IMG/VR virus record: IMGVR_UViG_3300032214_001346
Coordinates: 1 to 64,000 of that record
Reading direction: 5' to 3' (one strand)
Length of the DNA stretch: 64,000 bases
DNA from: a virus
The position numbers and the translations under genes are program-made. The notes below the pieces were generated by a model that saw only the letters and a list, made by a program, of their open reading frames with translations, ran no database searches and was not told where the DNA came from. Positions 1 through 10,736 of this stretch are shown piece after piece (position 1 is the first letter of the stretch; every line of letters starts with the position of its first letter).

Positions 1-6
1 ATTTTA

Positions 7-366
7 TTGCCTGTAAGCGGTTGTGTGGTTGAGATTACCCCTGTTATTGAAGGTTCTGGCAAGACTTTAACTAATATTGCCATGATTGGTATTGGAATAG
101 CACTGGTAACTACAGGTGTGGCTGCACCATTGGGGTGGTCATTAATTTATAGTGGTGCTACTGGATTGCTTAATTCTATTATTAATGGCAATCCTAAAGA
201 AGATGCTAAGTCTACTTTTTTTCAGTCCTCTGGTTTTAATACTAAAGAGGGTACACCTATTCCTTTGGTATTTGGTGAAGTATTAGTGAAAAACTTTCAA
301 GTAATTTCTTTGGAAATCACTTCAGAATTTGCACCGGGCTGGAAATATAAAACTGGTTCTAAATAA
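7..366 (+). CDS. Phage tail assembly protein I-like (lambda gpI); 5' end probably lies before the window
   Basis: EITPVIEGSG followed by a hydrophobic Gly/Ala stretch and a C-terminal G-x-PIPLVFGE motif; directly upstream of a J-like gene. Confidence 0.7.
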   Translation: MPVSGCVVEITPVIEGSGKTLTNIAMIGIGIALVTTGVAAPLGWSLIYSGATGLLNSIINGNPKEDAKSTFFQSSGFNTKEGTPIPLVFGEVLVKNFQVISLEITSEFAPGWKYKTGSK

Positions 367-379
367 TATTAAATAAGTT

Positions 380-2206
380 ATGGGATTTGCAAATAGAGCG
401 CTTTCTAAGAACCCAATTACTGACCCAATTACCGCAACTTCTAATGATTATGTCAAGTTGCTATTAGCTATTGGTGAAGGTGAGCTAGAAGGGATGACTT
501 CTTTATCTAATATCTATCTTGATAAAACACCGTTAATTAATAGTGATGGTTCAGCTAATTTTCTTGATGTATCTGTTGACTATAGCATCGGTGGACCCAA
601 TCAGTCTAATGATTCTTTTGTGACAAATTTGGGGATATCAAATAGTAATGTCAACACTGTTAATACAGAGATAAAAAATATTGGCGATGGGACGACAAGG
701 CAAATCTCAAATGCTGATATTACTGCGATTAAAGTCCGCCTAAGTCTTCAAATGCAGTACAACGATAAAAATGGTGATGTTAGAAAAACTGATTGTTGCT
801 TCAAAATTTTTATTAAAGAAGGGGGAGGTGCGTTTGTAGAAAGATACTCTACTTGCATCAACGCTAGGTACGCTGACCCAGTAACTTTTGAGTATTATTT
901 TCCTGTTGATCCTACTCAAAGCAGCTTTCAAGTCCGGGTGCAAAAAACTGTACCCAATGAACCGCCCAACCCTGACAACAGAGAAAGTAGAGAAAGTGTT
1001 AATCTGAAATGGATAGACTACTCAGAGATTAATAATGACCGGATTCTATTTACCAATACAGCATTACTAGCTTTACAGTTTCCATCTAAAACTTTCCAGT
1101 CAATACCGGAAATCTGGATGAAATTAGGTGGGATTAAATGCCGGATACCTAGTAATGCTACTGTCAACGCTGCTGATAGGGGAACGGATTTTAGTGGTAG
1201 TTGGAATGGTGGCTTTTATCTACCTGCTAAAGCGACTGCTGACCCGGCTTGGATTGTTTATTATCTATTAACTGAGCCTAGATTTAAGTTGGGTATCCCA
1301 GAGGAGTATATTGATAAGTTTGCTTTGTATCAATGCAGTATGTATAACAACGGGTATGTGGACAATGGCTATGGGGGATTAGAGAGAAGATTTTTGTTTA
1401 ATACGGTTTTAGGCACGGGTGGGCAAGAAGTAGTTATAGAGATGATTCGTTCTATCTGCTCTACTATGTATGCTAAACCTTATTGGAACGGCACGCAGTT
1501 AAGCTTTTGGCAGGATAGACCGACCACTGCATTACCGAAGATATTAACTAATGCAGATGTGGAGGAGGGTAAATTTGCTTACCAAACCAAAGAACTCAAC
1601 ACTGTAACTACTGTGGCCAAAGTATCTTATCAATCTACCATTGAGGACTGGGAACAAATACCAGAAATTGTAGAAGACCCAGCTTCTATTGATAAGTATG
1701 GAGTCCAAATTGAAGAATACGCTCTATTAGGAGAAACCCGGCGGGGGGCTGCTATTCGGTCAGGGAGAAGGACTATTTTTAGTTCTTTACCTAATAATAT
1801 ATTTCTGACCTGTAAAGTGCGTGCGCGGGCTATGTTCTTTCAACCCGGCGACGTAATTCAAGTGTCTGATAGTGCCAAAAACAAAGTCAGAATTGGTGGT
1901 TTAGTTTCTGCTGTAACTACCACTAAAGTAACTTTAGACGCGCCTATAACGTTAACATCAAATACTAATAAAAAAATATATTTAACCCTGCCAGATGAGA
2001 CAGTAATTGAAAGAACTATTACCAATGGTGCAGGAACTTTTACAGAGATTAATCTCGGTACACCATTGACTACATTACCGCAAATTCAATCACCATGGCA
2101 GATCATTGATACTAGCAATAAGGTACAATTGTACAGGGTCACTGATGTAGTCCCAGACTCAGAAAATAAGTCTTTATTTGAGATAACTGCTAAAACTTAT
2201 GGTTGA
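380..2206 (+). CDS. Tail tip / host-specificity protein J (lambda gpJ-like), N-terminal part
   Basis: GEGELEG, IYLDKTP, DPAWIVY..LT.PRF.LG, IDKFALY and QPGDVIQV.D motifs typical of gpJ. Confidence 0.9.
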   Translation: MGFANRALSKNPITDPITATSNDYVKLLLAIGEGELEGMTSLSNIYLDKTPLINSDGSANFLDVSVDYSIGGPNQSNDSFVTNLGISNSNVNTVNTEIKNIGDGTTRQISNADITAIKVRLSLQMQYNDKNGDVRKTDCCFKIFIKEGGGAFVERYSTCINARYADPVTFEYYFPVDPTQSSFQVRVQKTVPNEPPNPDNRESRESVNLKWIDYSEINNDRILFTNTALLALQFPSKTFQSIPEIWMKLGGIKCRIPSNATVNAADRGTDFSGSWNGGFYLPAKATADPAWIVYYLLTEPRFKLGIPEEYIDKFALYQCSMYNNGYVDNGYGGLERRFLFNTVLGTGGQEVVIEMIRSICSTMYAKPYWNGTQLSFWQDRPTTALPKILTNADVEEGKFAYQTKELNTVTTVAKVSYQSTIEDWEQIPEIVEDPASIDKYGVQIEEYALLGETRRGAAIRSGRRTIFSSLPNNIFLTCKVRARAMFFQPGDVIQVSDSAKNKVRIGGLVSAVTTTKVTLDAPITLTSNTNKKIYLTLPDETVIERTITNGAGTFTEINLGTPLTTLPQIQSPWQIIDTSNKVQLYRVTDVVPDSENKSLFEITAKTYG

Positions 2207-2867
2207 TTTTTATACTTTAGTTGAAACTAATATTGTCATTCCTGGTGATATTACTGTGGAAACTTTGCCAGTGGTTGCGTCACCACCAATTAATTTAAAA
2301 TCAGAATTGATTAAAATTAATTATGGAAACACTGATATTTATGCTTTATTAGCATCTTGGCAGCAACCTCGGAAAGAACTTATTAACAGCACTTTTACAG
2401 TTGCCAGCATGACTTTTTTGGAAACAACAGCGACAGTGACTACATCACAAAATCACAAATACAATACTAATGACTTAATATTAATTAAAGGGGCTACTCA
2501 ATCAATCTATAATAATTATTATACCATTACTAAAATCAGTAATAATCAATTTAGTTTTCCTTTTTCTGGATGGATCATTACCCCAGCTACGGGAACTATT
2601 ACCTGTACAAAAATAGTTAACGAATCTTACACCGACCGCTACAGTTTACAATACAAGAAAGCCCAAGATTCAGAATGGAGTAGTCCTCTTGAAACCTTTG
2701 AATTGTCAGCTAGATGGGATAACGTTAGTCCTGGGGATTATTATGTAAGAATAGCTGCTATTACTATTAATAATAAAGTTAGTGCTTATGTACAATCATC
2801 AATTGTTCCACAAGCGATCGCTGACTTTAGTAATGGAAATTATACAAGTTTTACAGGAGAGTTTTAG
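2199..2867 (+). CDS. Probable C-terminal continuation of gpJ (fibronectin-III-like)
   Basis: Overlaps the J stop by 8 nt; PPINL...ASWQQP...YSLQYK...W...PGDYYVRIAA is an FN3 pattern. Confidence 0.65.
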   Translation: MVDFYTLVETNIVIPGDITVETLPVVASPPINLKSELIKINYGNTDIYALLASWQQPRKELINSTFTVASMTFLETTATVTTSQNHKYNTNDLILIKGATQSIYNNYYTITKISNNQFSFPFSGWIITPATGTITCTKIVNESYTDRYSLQYKKAQDSEWSSPLETFELSARWDNVSPGDYYVRIAAITINNKVSAYVQSSIVPQAIADFSNGNYTSFTGEF

Positions 2868-3205
2868 TGACTGTACCTATCCTGATGCTACCACCAATTA
2901 AATGGGATTTTTCTATTAATAAAACTATCTTTCAACAAACTACAAAATTGGGAGATGGTTATAGTCAAATACTAACTGCGCCTAATTCAGTTAGAATAGT
3001 TTATGATATAGTTATTCCCAATTTAAATACCCAATCTAAAAATGATATTACGACTACTTTTAAGCAATACGGAGCTATTACTAGATTCAGATGGCGACCT
3101 AATGAATATTATGAATATAAAGAATTTATTTGTGATAAATGGAGCGTCACGAATCAAGGTACTTACTTATGGGAAATAACAGCAACTTTTAACCAACAAT
3201 TATAA
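2867..3205 (+). CDS. Minor tail protein M-like (lambda gpM)
   Basis: LGDGYSQ, FRWRP and C..W...ATF.Q motifs; 112 aa. Confidence 0.8.
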   Translation: MTVPILMLPPIKWDFSINKTIFQQTTKLGDGYSQILTAPNSVRIVYDIVIPNLNTQSKNDITTTFKQYGAITRFRWRPNEYYEYKEFICDKWSVTNQGTYLWEITATFNQQL

Positions 3206-3229
3206 ACAAGGAACATTAACTATAAATCT

Positions 3230-4015
3230 ATGGCACAGCCTTATATTGGTTCTCAGGGAAGCATTGAATACAGAGAAGCGTCTGGTAATGGGACCTTAGC
3301 ATCACCTTATATTCCTCAGTTTTCTTTGTCTAGCTTACCAACAACAAGTTTAGGAATACCTGAAATAATTACTGATATTCCATCTGCTGTTATAACAAGT
3401 TCAATAACCACTTCTGCAATTACACCTAGTTTTGGGTGTAGTTATTTTGTCTCTTTTACTGTATCAGCAGTAACCGGAACAAATCCCACTCTTGATATTG
3501 ATATTCAAGAATCAGATGACAATGGTACTAATTGGTTCACTGTATATTCTTTTCCTCGTGTTACTGCTATTGGAACATATAGATCACCTAAGCTTGCTTT
3601 ATCAGGAAACAGAGTTAGATACGTACAAACACTTGGAGGTACATTTCCTTCTTTTACTCGCTTAGTTAACAGACTTCAAAGTTCAGATTCTATCAAAACA
3701 GTAAGGCAATTAATTGATCGTAGTATAGTATTAACTACATTGAATAGCACTACACCATTCTTAAACATTCAGAACTGTGATAGATTGCAACTAATTATTA
3801 ATATAGGTGCGGCTACTATCATTCCTAATTTGCAGGTACAAGGTTCAGACGATAATGGCACTAGTTGGTATGCTATTGGTTCAGCGTTAACAGCAGCAGC
3901 CAATTCAACTGTGTTTACTACTGTTAATAATATTAATGCCCAACTAATACGAGCTATAGTCACAAGCGCAGGTAATGAGGTTACAATGGGATATGTGTTA
4001 TTAAAAGGATTTTAA
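3230..4015 (+). CDS. Putative virion structural protein with two internal repeats
   Basis: Repeated Q.SDDNGT.W motif; Thr/Ser-rich; within the tail operon. Confidence 0.55.
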   Translation: MAQPYIGSQGSIEYREASGNGTLASPYIPQFSLSSLPTTSLGIPEIITDIPSAVITSSITTSAITPSFGCSYFVSFTVSAVTGTNPTLDIDIQESDDNGTNWFTVYSFPRVTAIGTYRSPKLALSGNRVRYVQTLGGTFPSFTRLVNRLQSSDSIKTVRQLIDRSIVLTTLNSTTPFLNIQNCDRLQLIINIGAATIIPNLQVQGSDDNGTSWYAIGSALTAAANSTVFTTVNNINAQLIRAIVTSAGNEVTMGYVLLKGF

Positions 4016-4028
4016 TTGTGCAATTAAT

Positions 4029-4661
4029 ATGAGTTTAATTTCTGAAAATCAATTGTTAGATTCTGAGATTTTTATTGACTTAATTCAGGTCAAAACTTCA
4101 GAATTTGATATTAAGATTTGCAACTATGGAACGGTATCTTTTGGTGGTGTTTCTTACCAAGGATTTCCATGTCAGCTAAGTAGTTTTAGTCGTTCAGGTG
4201 AGAGTGTAGAAGCGCGGGCTTCCTTGACTATTTCTGACATCTCTGGACTAGTGGGAAATATCATTGATAATTATTCAGTCATTAAAGCAGAAGTGGTTGT
4301 TAAACAGACGTTACCGATGTTTTTGGATGGTCAACCCACAGCAGATGCTAGTCAGTTTTTCCCGTTGAATTTAGAGGTTAGTCAGTACACGGGTGAATAT
4401 CAAAATCAATTTGTGTTCACCCTTTCTCCTTATTCTTTAGAGAGAAAAAAATTACCTGCTAGGACATATTCAAGAAGATGTCAGTATATTCTTGGAGACG
4501 ATGATTGTCAAGCACCTAATAATAGAAGTTTTGATATTTCTGGCAACATAACAACCTTTGCTAATCGGGCTTGTCGCAAGGATTTAGACGCTTGTAAACA
4601 GTATCACGACAATACTTTAAGATTTGGTGGTTTTCCTTCAGTAAGTAGAATTAGAGGTTAA
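4029..4661 (+). CDS. Minor tail protein L-like (lambda gpL)
   Basis: Four C-terminal Cys (RRCQY, DDC, ACRKDLDAC) and RFGGFP end. Confidence 0.85.
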   Translation: MSLISENQLLDSEIFIDLIQVKTSEFDIKICNYGTVSFGGVSYQGFPCQLSSFSRSGESVEARASLTISDISGLVGNIIDNYSVIKAEVVVKQTLPMFLDGQPTADASQFFPLNLEVSQYTGEYQNQFVFTLSPYSLERKKLPARTYSRRCQYILGDDDCQAPNNRSFDISGNITTFANRACRKDLDACKQYHDNTLRFGGFPSVSRIRG

Positions 4662-4662
4662 A

Positions 4663-5145
4663 ATGGTACAAGTAACAGGGACTTTAGAGGTTAAAAATGG
4701 CTATATCAGGGTTAAGCCTAATGTACCTTTTATTGGTAGTTTATCAGGAGTTTCTGCTTATGAAATTAATGATGGATTGGTTGATATTCAATTAGCTCCC
4801 ACGCCCAATGATAGGGTTTATTTGGTTGATTATACTTTATCACCTGACGCGGCTTTTTTGCCTACAGAGAATTGGATTGTACCTGAGTATGATTGTGATT
4901 TAAATGAAGTCAGGGGATTAATAACTATTCATAGCCGAAATCTACAATTGCAAGTAGAAAACTTAACTTTGGTTAACAATCAATTACAGTTGAGTAACAA
5001 TCAGTTATTATTAGAAATAAGTAATCTTAAATTGGAGAACAGTGAATTGCAATCAAGAATAAAAACACTTATACCAGAGGAGATACATACAGACCAGAAG
5101 ACTTTAAATTCATCTTCTATTAATATTTTAAATAGATTTTTATGA
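4663..5145 (+). CDS. Tail-associated protein with coiled-coil C-terminus (module copy 1, gene A)
   Basis: Ends SSINILNRFL, matching the end of 10737..11654. Confidence 0.5.
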   Translation: MVQVTGTLEVKNGYIRVKPNVPFIGSLSGVSAYEINDGLVDIQLAPTPNDRVYLVDYTLSPDAAFLPTENWIVPEYDCDLNEVRGLITIHSRNLQLQVENLTLVNNQLQLSNNQLLLEISNLKLENSELQSRIKTLIPEEIHTDQKTLNSSSINILNRFL

Positions 5146-6215
5146 CTACTTTATCACCTCAGTTTAAAACTCAAACTTTGGACTTAGAACTAAAGAAGGG
5201 TGAATCAGCCCAGTTTTCTGTTGCCGTGACCGATTATGACTTGGATTTGCGCGGCTGTCTGATATTTGCTGAGATTAGGAGGTTGTTCCCAGGGTACAAC
5301 ATTATACCTAATATCACAGGAATAGTTACCAGCGGCAGCAATACCATTCAGTATCGGTATTACCCATCAATAGATAACAAAGCAATACTGCTGAACTCTT
5401 TACCTATCCGTCCAGGAGACTTGATTACTTTGGAGGGGTCTGGTATTACTGGCTCAAAAGTCGTTGCCGTTACTGATTCTCAGATAATTGTCAGCAATTC
5501 AGCTACGCGGGCAATTGGAGAGGGAAGACTGCTAGTGCGATCGCTTTCTTTAGCTTCGTTTACTGCTATTCCACATTTACCTAATATCACTGTATATGGT
5601 TCTGTATCCACTACTAGCCCCGCTACGTCATCTTCCATGACTGTATCGAACGTAACAAGAACTATTCCCAGTGGTACAACATTGATTTTTAACGATAGTG
5701 GTGCTATTGATCCAGTTGTACTGACAGCAAGCTTAGTACCAGGTTCAACGCTTGCTTATATAACACCGATTGGCTTCAGTATTGCATCTGGGAGTTTTGC
5801 TATAGTTGGAGCGACTACAGTAATTACCACTAACGGTGCAAATATTGGGGCGACTGGGATTAGTATAAACACTTTATCAGTGCCTATACCTTTGGGTACA
5901 TTACTAAATTTTGGTACTCGCACAGTTGATGGGTGGCAATATGTGGGTAGTGCCAGAACATCTGCTGCGGCTTTGGCGGGAGTAAATAGTTTAACAGTTC
6001 AGGCTTTAACTACTGCTATTCCTGGTAGTGCGATCGCATGGTTTGGAACTCACGCTTTCAATAGCTTTATTCTGGCCATAGATCCTGCAGATACCCAATT
6101 TTTGGAATCAGGAGAGTATACCTATGATGTTGTTTGCAGACAACCAGATGGGTATACGATTAGATTGATTCAAGGTAGTTGTACATTTACAGATCATTGT
6201 AGTGACGGAGTTTAA
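5142..6215 (+). CDS. Tail fibre/baseplate adaptor-like protein (module copy 1, gene B)
   Basis: Clear paralog of 11651..12739; C-terminal IDPADT.FLESG.Y.YDV..R.PDGYTIRLIQG resembles BppU-type N-domains. Confidence 0.55.
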   Translation: MTTLSPQFKTQTLDLELKKGESAQFSVAVTDYDLDLRGCLIFAEIRRLFPGYNIIPNITGIVTSGSNTIQYRYYPSIDNKAILLNSLPIRPGDLITLEGSGITGSKVVAVTDSQIIVSNSATRAIGEGRLLVRSLSLASFTAIPHLPNITVYGSVSTTSPATSSSMTVSNVTRTIPSGTTLIFNDSGAIDPVVLTASLVPGSTLAYITPIGFSIASGSFAIVGATTVITTNGANIGATGISINTLSVPIPLGTLLNFGTRTVDGWQYVGSARTSAAALAGVNSLTVQALTTAIPGSAIAWFGTHAFNSFILAIDPADTQFLESGEYTYDVVCRQPDGYTIRLIQGSCTFTDHCSDGV

Positions 6216-6217
6216 TT

Positions 6218-7798
6218 ATGGCAGATGTTACAGTTGGACGTTCAGTACCTTTGCAACCGGGTCCACAACCCTCAAGTAGCTCTATCTCTGTGGTTCAGGC
6301 GACAGATCACCCGCCTATTGCGGTATTTGATGCTTATGAAGGTGCTTCAGAAATTAAGCAAGATTTACTGGGTAATCCTAGATTTGGAACACCTCAATTA
6401 CTATTTGCCAATGTCAGGCGTTATGGAATTGATGATAAAATCTGGGCAACAAAATTAGACTCAAATTCGCAAGGTAAAGTGCAATTTGACCCTGGTAAAA
6501 GTGCAGCTAGATTATCAATTGCTAATGGGAACTTTGCCAGAACTTATGCTTCATTGCAAACTAAAATAAATTTTCCTTACCAACCTGGGCGGTCTATGGA
6601 TTGTTCCTACGGTATTCAATGTTCACGCGGTAGCGTTAATGAAAATATCGTAATTGAATATGGGGCTTTTGATAACTTTGATGGTTACGGATTCAGAATA
6701 GTTTATGAAAATGGCAAAGATAAAATGTTTGCTTTCAGGAGAACATTTTCTGGGGAAACATCTGGTTTATTAAGTAGAGAACAAATTCCTTATCTTGCTG
6801 GACATAATGACTTAATGGACATTAATGCCTACGAACAAATAGTAGAAATTAGTAACTCTACTGCTTCTGGATATGGGTCGTTTCCTTTAAATGGAAATAG
6901 ATTAGACGGGTCTGAATTAGGCGCGATTGATGTTAATGGAAATACTACTTCAACTGGCTATAAACTAAGCTTACACAACAGTGCATTGTCGGCGATGAAC
7001 TTGACGATGTTTAGAATTAGATATAGCTGGTACGGTGCATCCGGTGCGGATTTTTGGGCTTATGTGCCACTAAACAAAACGCCCAAACCAGGGCAACCAA
7101 GATGGGTGAGGATGCACAGTTTTCCAATTGGGGATACCTTGCAATTCCCTTCTTTAAAAAACCCAGACAAGCCGTTGACTTTTAGGATTTATCGGCGTGC
7201 AGATGCTACAGGATTACCAAATATCAATGCTTTCCTTTCAACTTTTGGAACTAGCTTTAGTATTGATGCAGGTGATCCATCTCCTGTAGAAATTTATAGT
7301 GCTGCTTCTCAAGTTGTATCACTTTCTAATACTAACCCAACCCCAATTATGGCAATCCAAATTAAGCCATATATCACGTCTTCAACTAATACTATTACCG
7401 CCACTTCTGTAAACACTCCCAATCAATTAAGAGCCTATCCTTTACAACTTAGTATTAGCTCAACAGCACAGGTGTCGTTTAGTTTAGTTAAAAATCCTAC
7501 TGTCACAGGCAACGCTTTCCCCACGCCTACAGCAGGTGATTTAAGCGGTATAAGTAATGCAACAACCTTAGGAACGGTAACAGCAGGTACAGGTAAAGTT
7601 TGCGGTACTTTCTATTGCGGTACAAATGATGGTGAGAATATTAATTTAACTGACATCTTTAGCTACAACAGGGAATATTTAGCTAGGGAGGCACAGGCTT
7701 CTACCAATACCCCAGGCGATACTTTGTACGTCGTGGCAACATTATTGACTGGAAATACAGCCACCGTATCCGCATCTTTAGTGTGGGGGCAACAATGA
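6218..7798 (+). CDS. Putative tail fibre/structural protein (module copy 1, gene C)
   Basis: Paralog of 12773..14686 (F.YQPG, DGYG, SWYG, IGDTL, ID.GDP). Confidence 0.55.
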   Translation: MADVTVGRSVPLQPGPQPSSSSISVVQATDHPPIAVFDAYEGASEIKQDLLGNPRFGTPQLLFANVRRYGIDDKIWATKLDSNSQGKVQFDPGKSAARLSIANGNFARTYASLQTKINFPYQPGRSMDCSYGIQCSRGSVNENIVIEYGAFDNFDGYGFRIVYENGKDKMFAFRRTFSGETSGLLSREQIPYLAGHNDLMDINAYEQIVEISNSTASGYGSFPLNGNRLDGSELGAIDVNGNTTSTGYKLSLHNSALSAMNLTMFRIRYSWYGASGADFWAYVPLNKTPKPGQPRWVRMHSFPIGDTLQFPSLKNPDKPLTFRIYRRADATGLPNINAFLSTFGTSFSIDAGDPSPVEIYSAASQVVSLSNTNPTPIMAIQIKPYITSSTNTITATSVNTPNQLRAYPLQLSISSTAQVSFSLVKNPTVTGNAFPTPTAGDLSGISNATTLGTVTAGTGKVCGTFYCGTNDGENINLTDIFSYNREYLAREAQASTNTPGDTLYVVATLLTGNTATVSASLVWGQQ

Positions 7799-9405
7799 CG
7801 CAAATCCACTTACCCGAAGACATTGGGGATACCCAATCTAAGGCTGGGGAAAAGCCAATTACAGAATCCTATCCCTTTGTTTTAGCTGAGGATGCGCTTA
7901 TACAATATGCCGGAGTTTTTCCTCCAATCTCCCCAGCAGAACTACTAAACCCAATCTATAAACCAACATCGGAAACAACGACAGATACATTTTCTTTAAA
8001 TAGGAAAGTCAAATTTTCCATCCTATTTAGAAACGTCTCTAATTACGACATTGAGCCTAACCAGTGGGGATGTCAAACTGGAGATGTAAGCGGACAATTG
8101 GGTACAGGTACAGTCAGCGTTACATGGTCTTATAGAGTCAATACCCGTGCTAGTTACACTTCCAATACAGAAGTAAAGTTTTTTCCCAGTCAAAGCGCGA
8201 TTGAACTTAAAAACTACCCAAATAGCGACGCTGGGATTACTCAACAATCTATCCTTTTTAGCACTCGCTATTTTACCGCTAGTGCTAATCCAATCATTCT
8301 GACAATGGCGGTAAAAGCATCATTATCAGATTCACCAAACTCAGTAAAAACCTGGGGTCTTTATTCTGTAAGTAGTGGCTATTTTTTCAGAATGAAAGGC
8401 AACGGATCTGCCAATAATTTTGTAGTAGGATATCGTTATTCTTTAGGTGGCACTCCTGTAGATATAGAAATCCCCCGCAGTTCTTTCAACGGCGACAAGC
8501 TGGACGGGCTAGGGAATAGCGTCCACGTCCAAACTTTTACAAACGTGGCGATGTTTGGGATTGAAGTTGGCACAGCAGGGATAGGGGCAAGATTCTGGGC
8601 TTATGTTGACGTTGGTAATAGTGCCAGATGGGTTTTGGTTCATAGTTTGTTGAATGATTCCGACTCTTCTCAAGACAGAATAACAGACGAAGAAGGCTGG
8701 CCTATTTGCTTCGAGAATATTAACTATGGCATATCTAGCACCACTCAAACATTAGCTAAATTTGGAGTATCAGTAACATCTATTGGTTCACCAACTGGAA
8801 CAACCGATGTTAATTTAGTGTCGGGAAACATAACAGCATCTTTATCTAAATCTCCCCAACCTATAGTGGGAATTAGAGCCAAAGACTTTATCAATTCTAA
8901 GAAGAACTCTAGTAATATTTTACCGATCACCTTAAGTGCGATCGCATCTTCAGGGACGTGGAGAATTGTATTAATTAAGAATCCCACAAAACCCACTAAT
9001 CCTGTATTGACATTTAGTTCAGCGAATTCTTTATCTGCAATTCAATTCTGTAATCAAAGCTTTTCAATTCAGTCAGGTACAATTTTAGGATCTTATTTAT
9101 TAGCAGGAAATAAACCTTTAAGTATTAACTTAGCTGATTTATTTGCACTAAACAAATCTTTCTTAACTACACAATACACAAATGACTTTAGCCCAACTGG
9201 CGACTTTGGACAGCAATTTGTACTAAATGCTGATGAGATTTGGGTATGCGTAGCTGAAGCTAGTATCAGCACAGCTTATTTAAAAGATATAGTTTGGGCA
9301 TCAACTTTAACTACTAATGCAACTCCTAGCTACGGTGATTCTAGTGCCAGTAGCCTTGATTTTAATGCCAGTATTTATGTAACTTTATCTGCACAGGAGG
9401 TGTAA
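7783..9405 (+). CDS. Putative tail fibre/structural protein (module copy 1, gene D); ATG probably 7795
   Basis: Paralog of 14686..17112 (DKLDG.G.S, MF.IE.G, GARF, RW). Confidence 0.55.
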   Translation: MGATMTQIHLPEDIGDTQSKAGEKPITESYPFVLAEDALIQYAGVFPPISPAELLNPIYKPTSETTTDTFSLNRKVKFSILFRNVSNYDIEPNQWGCQTGDVSGQLGTGTVSVTWSYRVNTRASYTSNTEVKFFPSQSAIELKNYPNSDAGITQQSILFSTRYFTASANPIILTMAVKASLSDSPNSVKTWGLYSVSSGYFFRMKGNGSANNFVVGYRYSLGGTPVDIEIPRSSFNGDKLDGLGNSVHVQTFTNVAMFGIEVGTAGIGARFWAYVDVGNSARWVLVHSLLNDSDSSQDRITDEEGWPICFENINYGISSTTQTLAKFGVSVTSIGSPTGTTDVNLVSGNITASLSKSPQPIVGIRAKDFINSKKNSSNILPITLSAIASSGTWRIVLIKNPTKPTNPVLTFSSANSLSAIQFCNQSFSIQSGTILGSYLLAGNKPLSINLADLFALNKSFLTTQYTNDFSPTGDFGQQFVLNADEIWVCVAEASISTAYLKDIVWASTLTTNATPSYGDSSASSLDFNASIYVTLSAQEV

Positions 9406-9407
9406 AA

Positions 9408-10220
9408 ATGCCCAGTTCAATTACAGCTAATTTATCTAGTTTTGGAATGTCTTATTTAAGTATATGGCGAATTTGGGGTGGTAGTAATGGAACGGCCACT
9501 TTCACAGCAAGCGGAAATGTATTTACAACTACTGCTACTATCCCAATGTCAACAGGGGACTTAGTGTATCTAGCTCAATTTGGTTACCCTCAGGCAACGA
9601 CAACAAGATACATGATTAAGTTGACCGCCAACACATTCTCCTTAGCAACTACACAAGTTTTAGCCAACGCTGGTACTGCTTCGGCTCTCCCTTATGTAGT
9701 TGCAGACACAGGCATCAGCAACGTGCCTCTTAATGGCAAGCAAGGTACTTTTGTCTCTCCCTCAGGAATTATACCTAGTGGAGTCACAAATTTTTTAATG
9801 TCTTCGTCTAGGTCTGCTCAATCTTTTGCCGTTACCGATAATGTTCAAATAGATTTTTCCGTATCTGTACCAATACAAACATTTAACCCGTTTAGTGCAT
9901 ATACTTTTTATAATTATGTCTTTGGGCTAAGAACAGATGCAGGTAATTATTCTTGCATCTGTTCTGATGATGGAGCTTTTTGGGTTGGCGATACTATCAC
10001 AGGATTTTCCGCTGATCAGCAAAAAACTTTAGCTACAACAACTTTTAGAATCACTTTACAAAATAGGCAAATAAGTATAGCAAACAGGCGCACTAATTCA
10101 ACTTATACAACACTGTTTACATCTTCCGTACTTTCTTTAAATTTATCAAATTTACGCTTTTTTACTAATCTCACTTTAGACGGACAAGCTTTTACCAACT
10201 GTACTATTACTTACTTATGA
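9408..10220 (+). CDS. Putative tail fibre / receptor-binding protein
   Basis: Beta-rich Thr/Ser composition and operon position. Confidence 0.45.
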   Translation: MPSSITANLSSFGMSYLSIWRIWGGSNGTATFTASGNVFTTTATIPMSTGDLVYLAQFGYPQATTTRYMIKLTANTFSLATTQVLANAGTASALPYVVADTGISNVPLNGKQGTFVSPSGIIPSGVTNFLMSSSRSAQSFAVTDNVQIDFSVSVPIQTFNPFSAYTFYNYVFGLRTDAGNYSCICSDDGAFWVGDTITGFSADQQKTLATTTFRITLQNRQISIANRRTNSTYTTLFTSSVLSLNLSNLRFFTNLTLDGQAFTNCTITYL

Positions 10221-10714
10221 TTACTCTTTTTATTCTGGAATCAATCACTGTTTTTAGCCCTGATTACACTATTCAATTAATAGGAAGTAATCAAACCAAT
10301 CAAGATAGATTATTCGCGGTTGACGGTGATTTAACAGCTTTTAAAACTGACTATCCCCAAGCCAAAGATTACTACGATGGCGACTGGTTTCTTAACTTTT
10401 ACCCTGACGCTGTTGGGGATACACCTCTAGAAAAATACTTAAACGCAATTAATGGAGTCACTATGTCTAGTCCGCCTAAATGGAATAATATTCTCCCCGC
10501 TTTGGCTAGTAGTTCTTTGTTTCTTAAAATACTAACTACTCAAAATCCTAATGCTTTTTCAGCATTACAGACGGTCGTTCAATATAGAAACATAGAATTA
10601 TTCCAAGTCTTAGCCAAAGCCACGCTAGAAGCTATTCCTGGAGGTTTAACAGAAGCGGAATCTCAAGAGTTGAATACAATATTGATTCAGAATAATTTTC
10701 CATTGATTAAATAA
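10217..10714 (+). CDS. Hypothetical protein, possible tail-fibre chaperone
   Basis: Coupled to the preceding fibre-like gene; inference from position only. Confidence 0.4.
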   Translation: MITLFILESITVFSPDYTIQLIGSNQTNQDRLFAVDGDLTAFKTDYPQAKDYYDGDWFLNFYPDAVGDTPLEKYLNAINGVTMSSPPKWNNILPALASSSLFLKILTTQNPNAFSALQTVVQYRNIELFQVLAKATLEAIPGGLTEAESQELNTILIQNNFPLIK

Positions 10715-10736
10715 GTTTACTAGGAGATTTAAGCAC

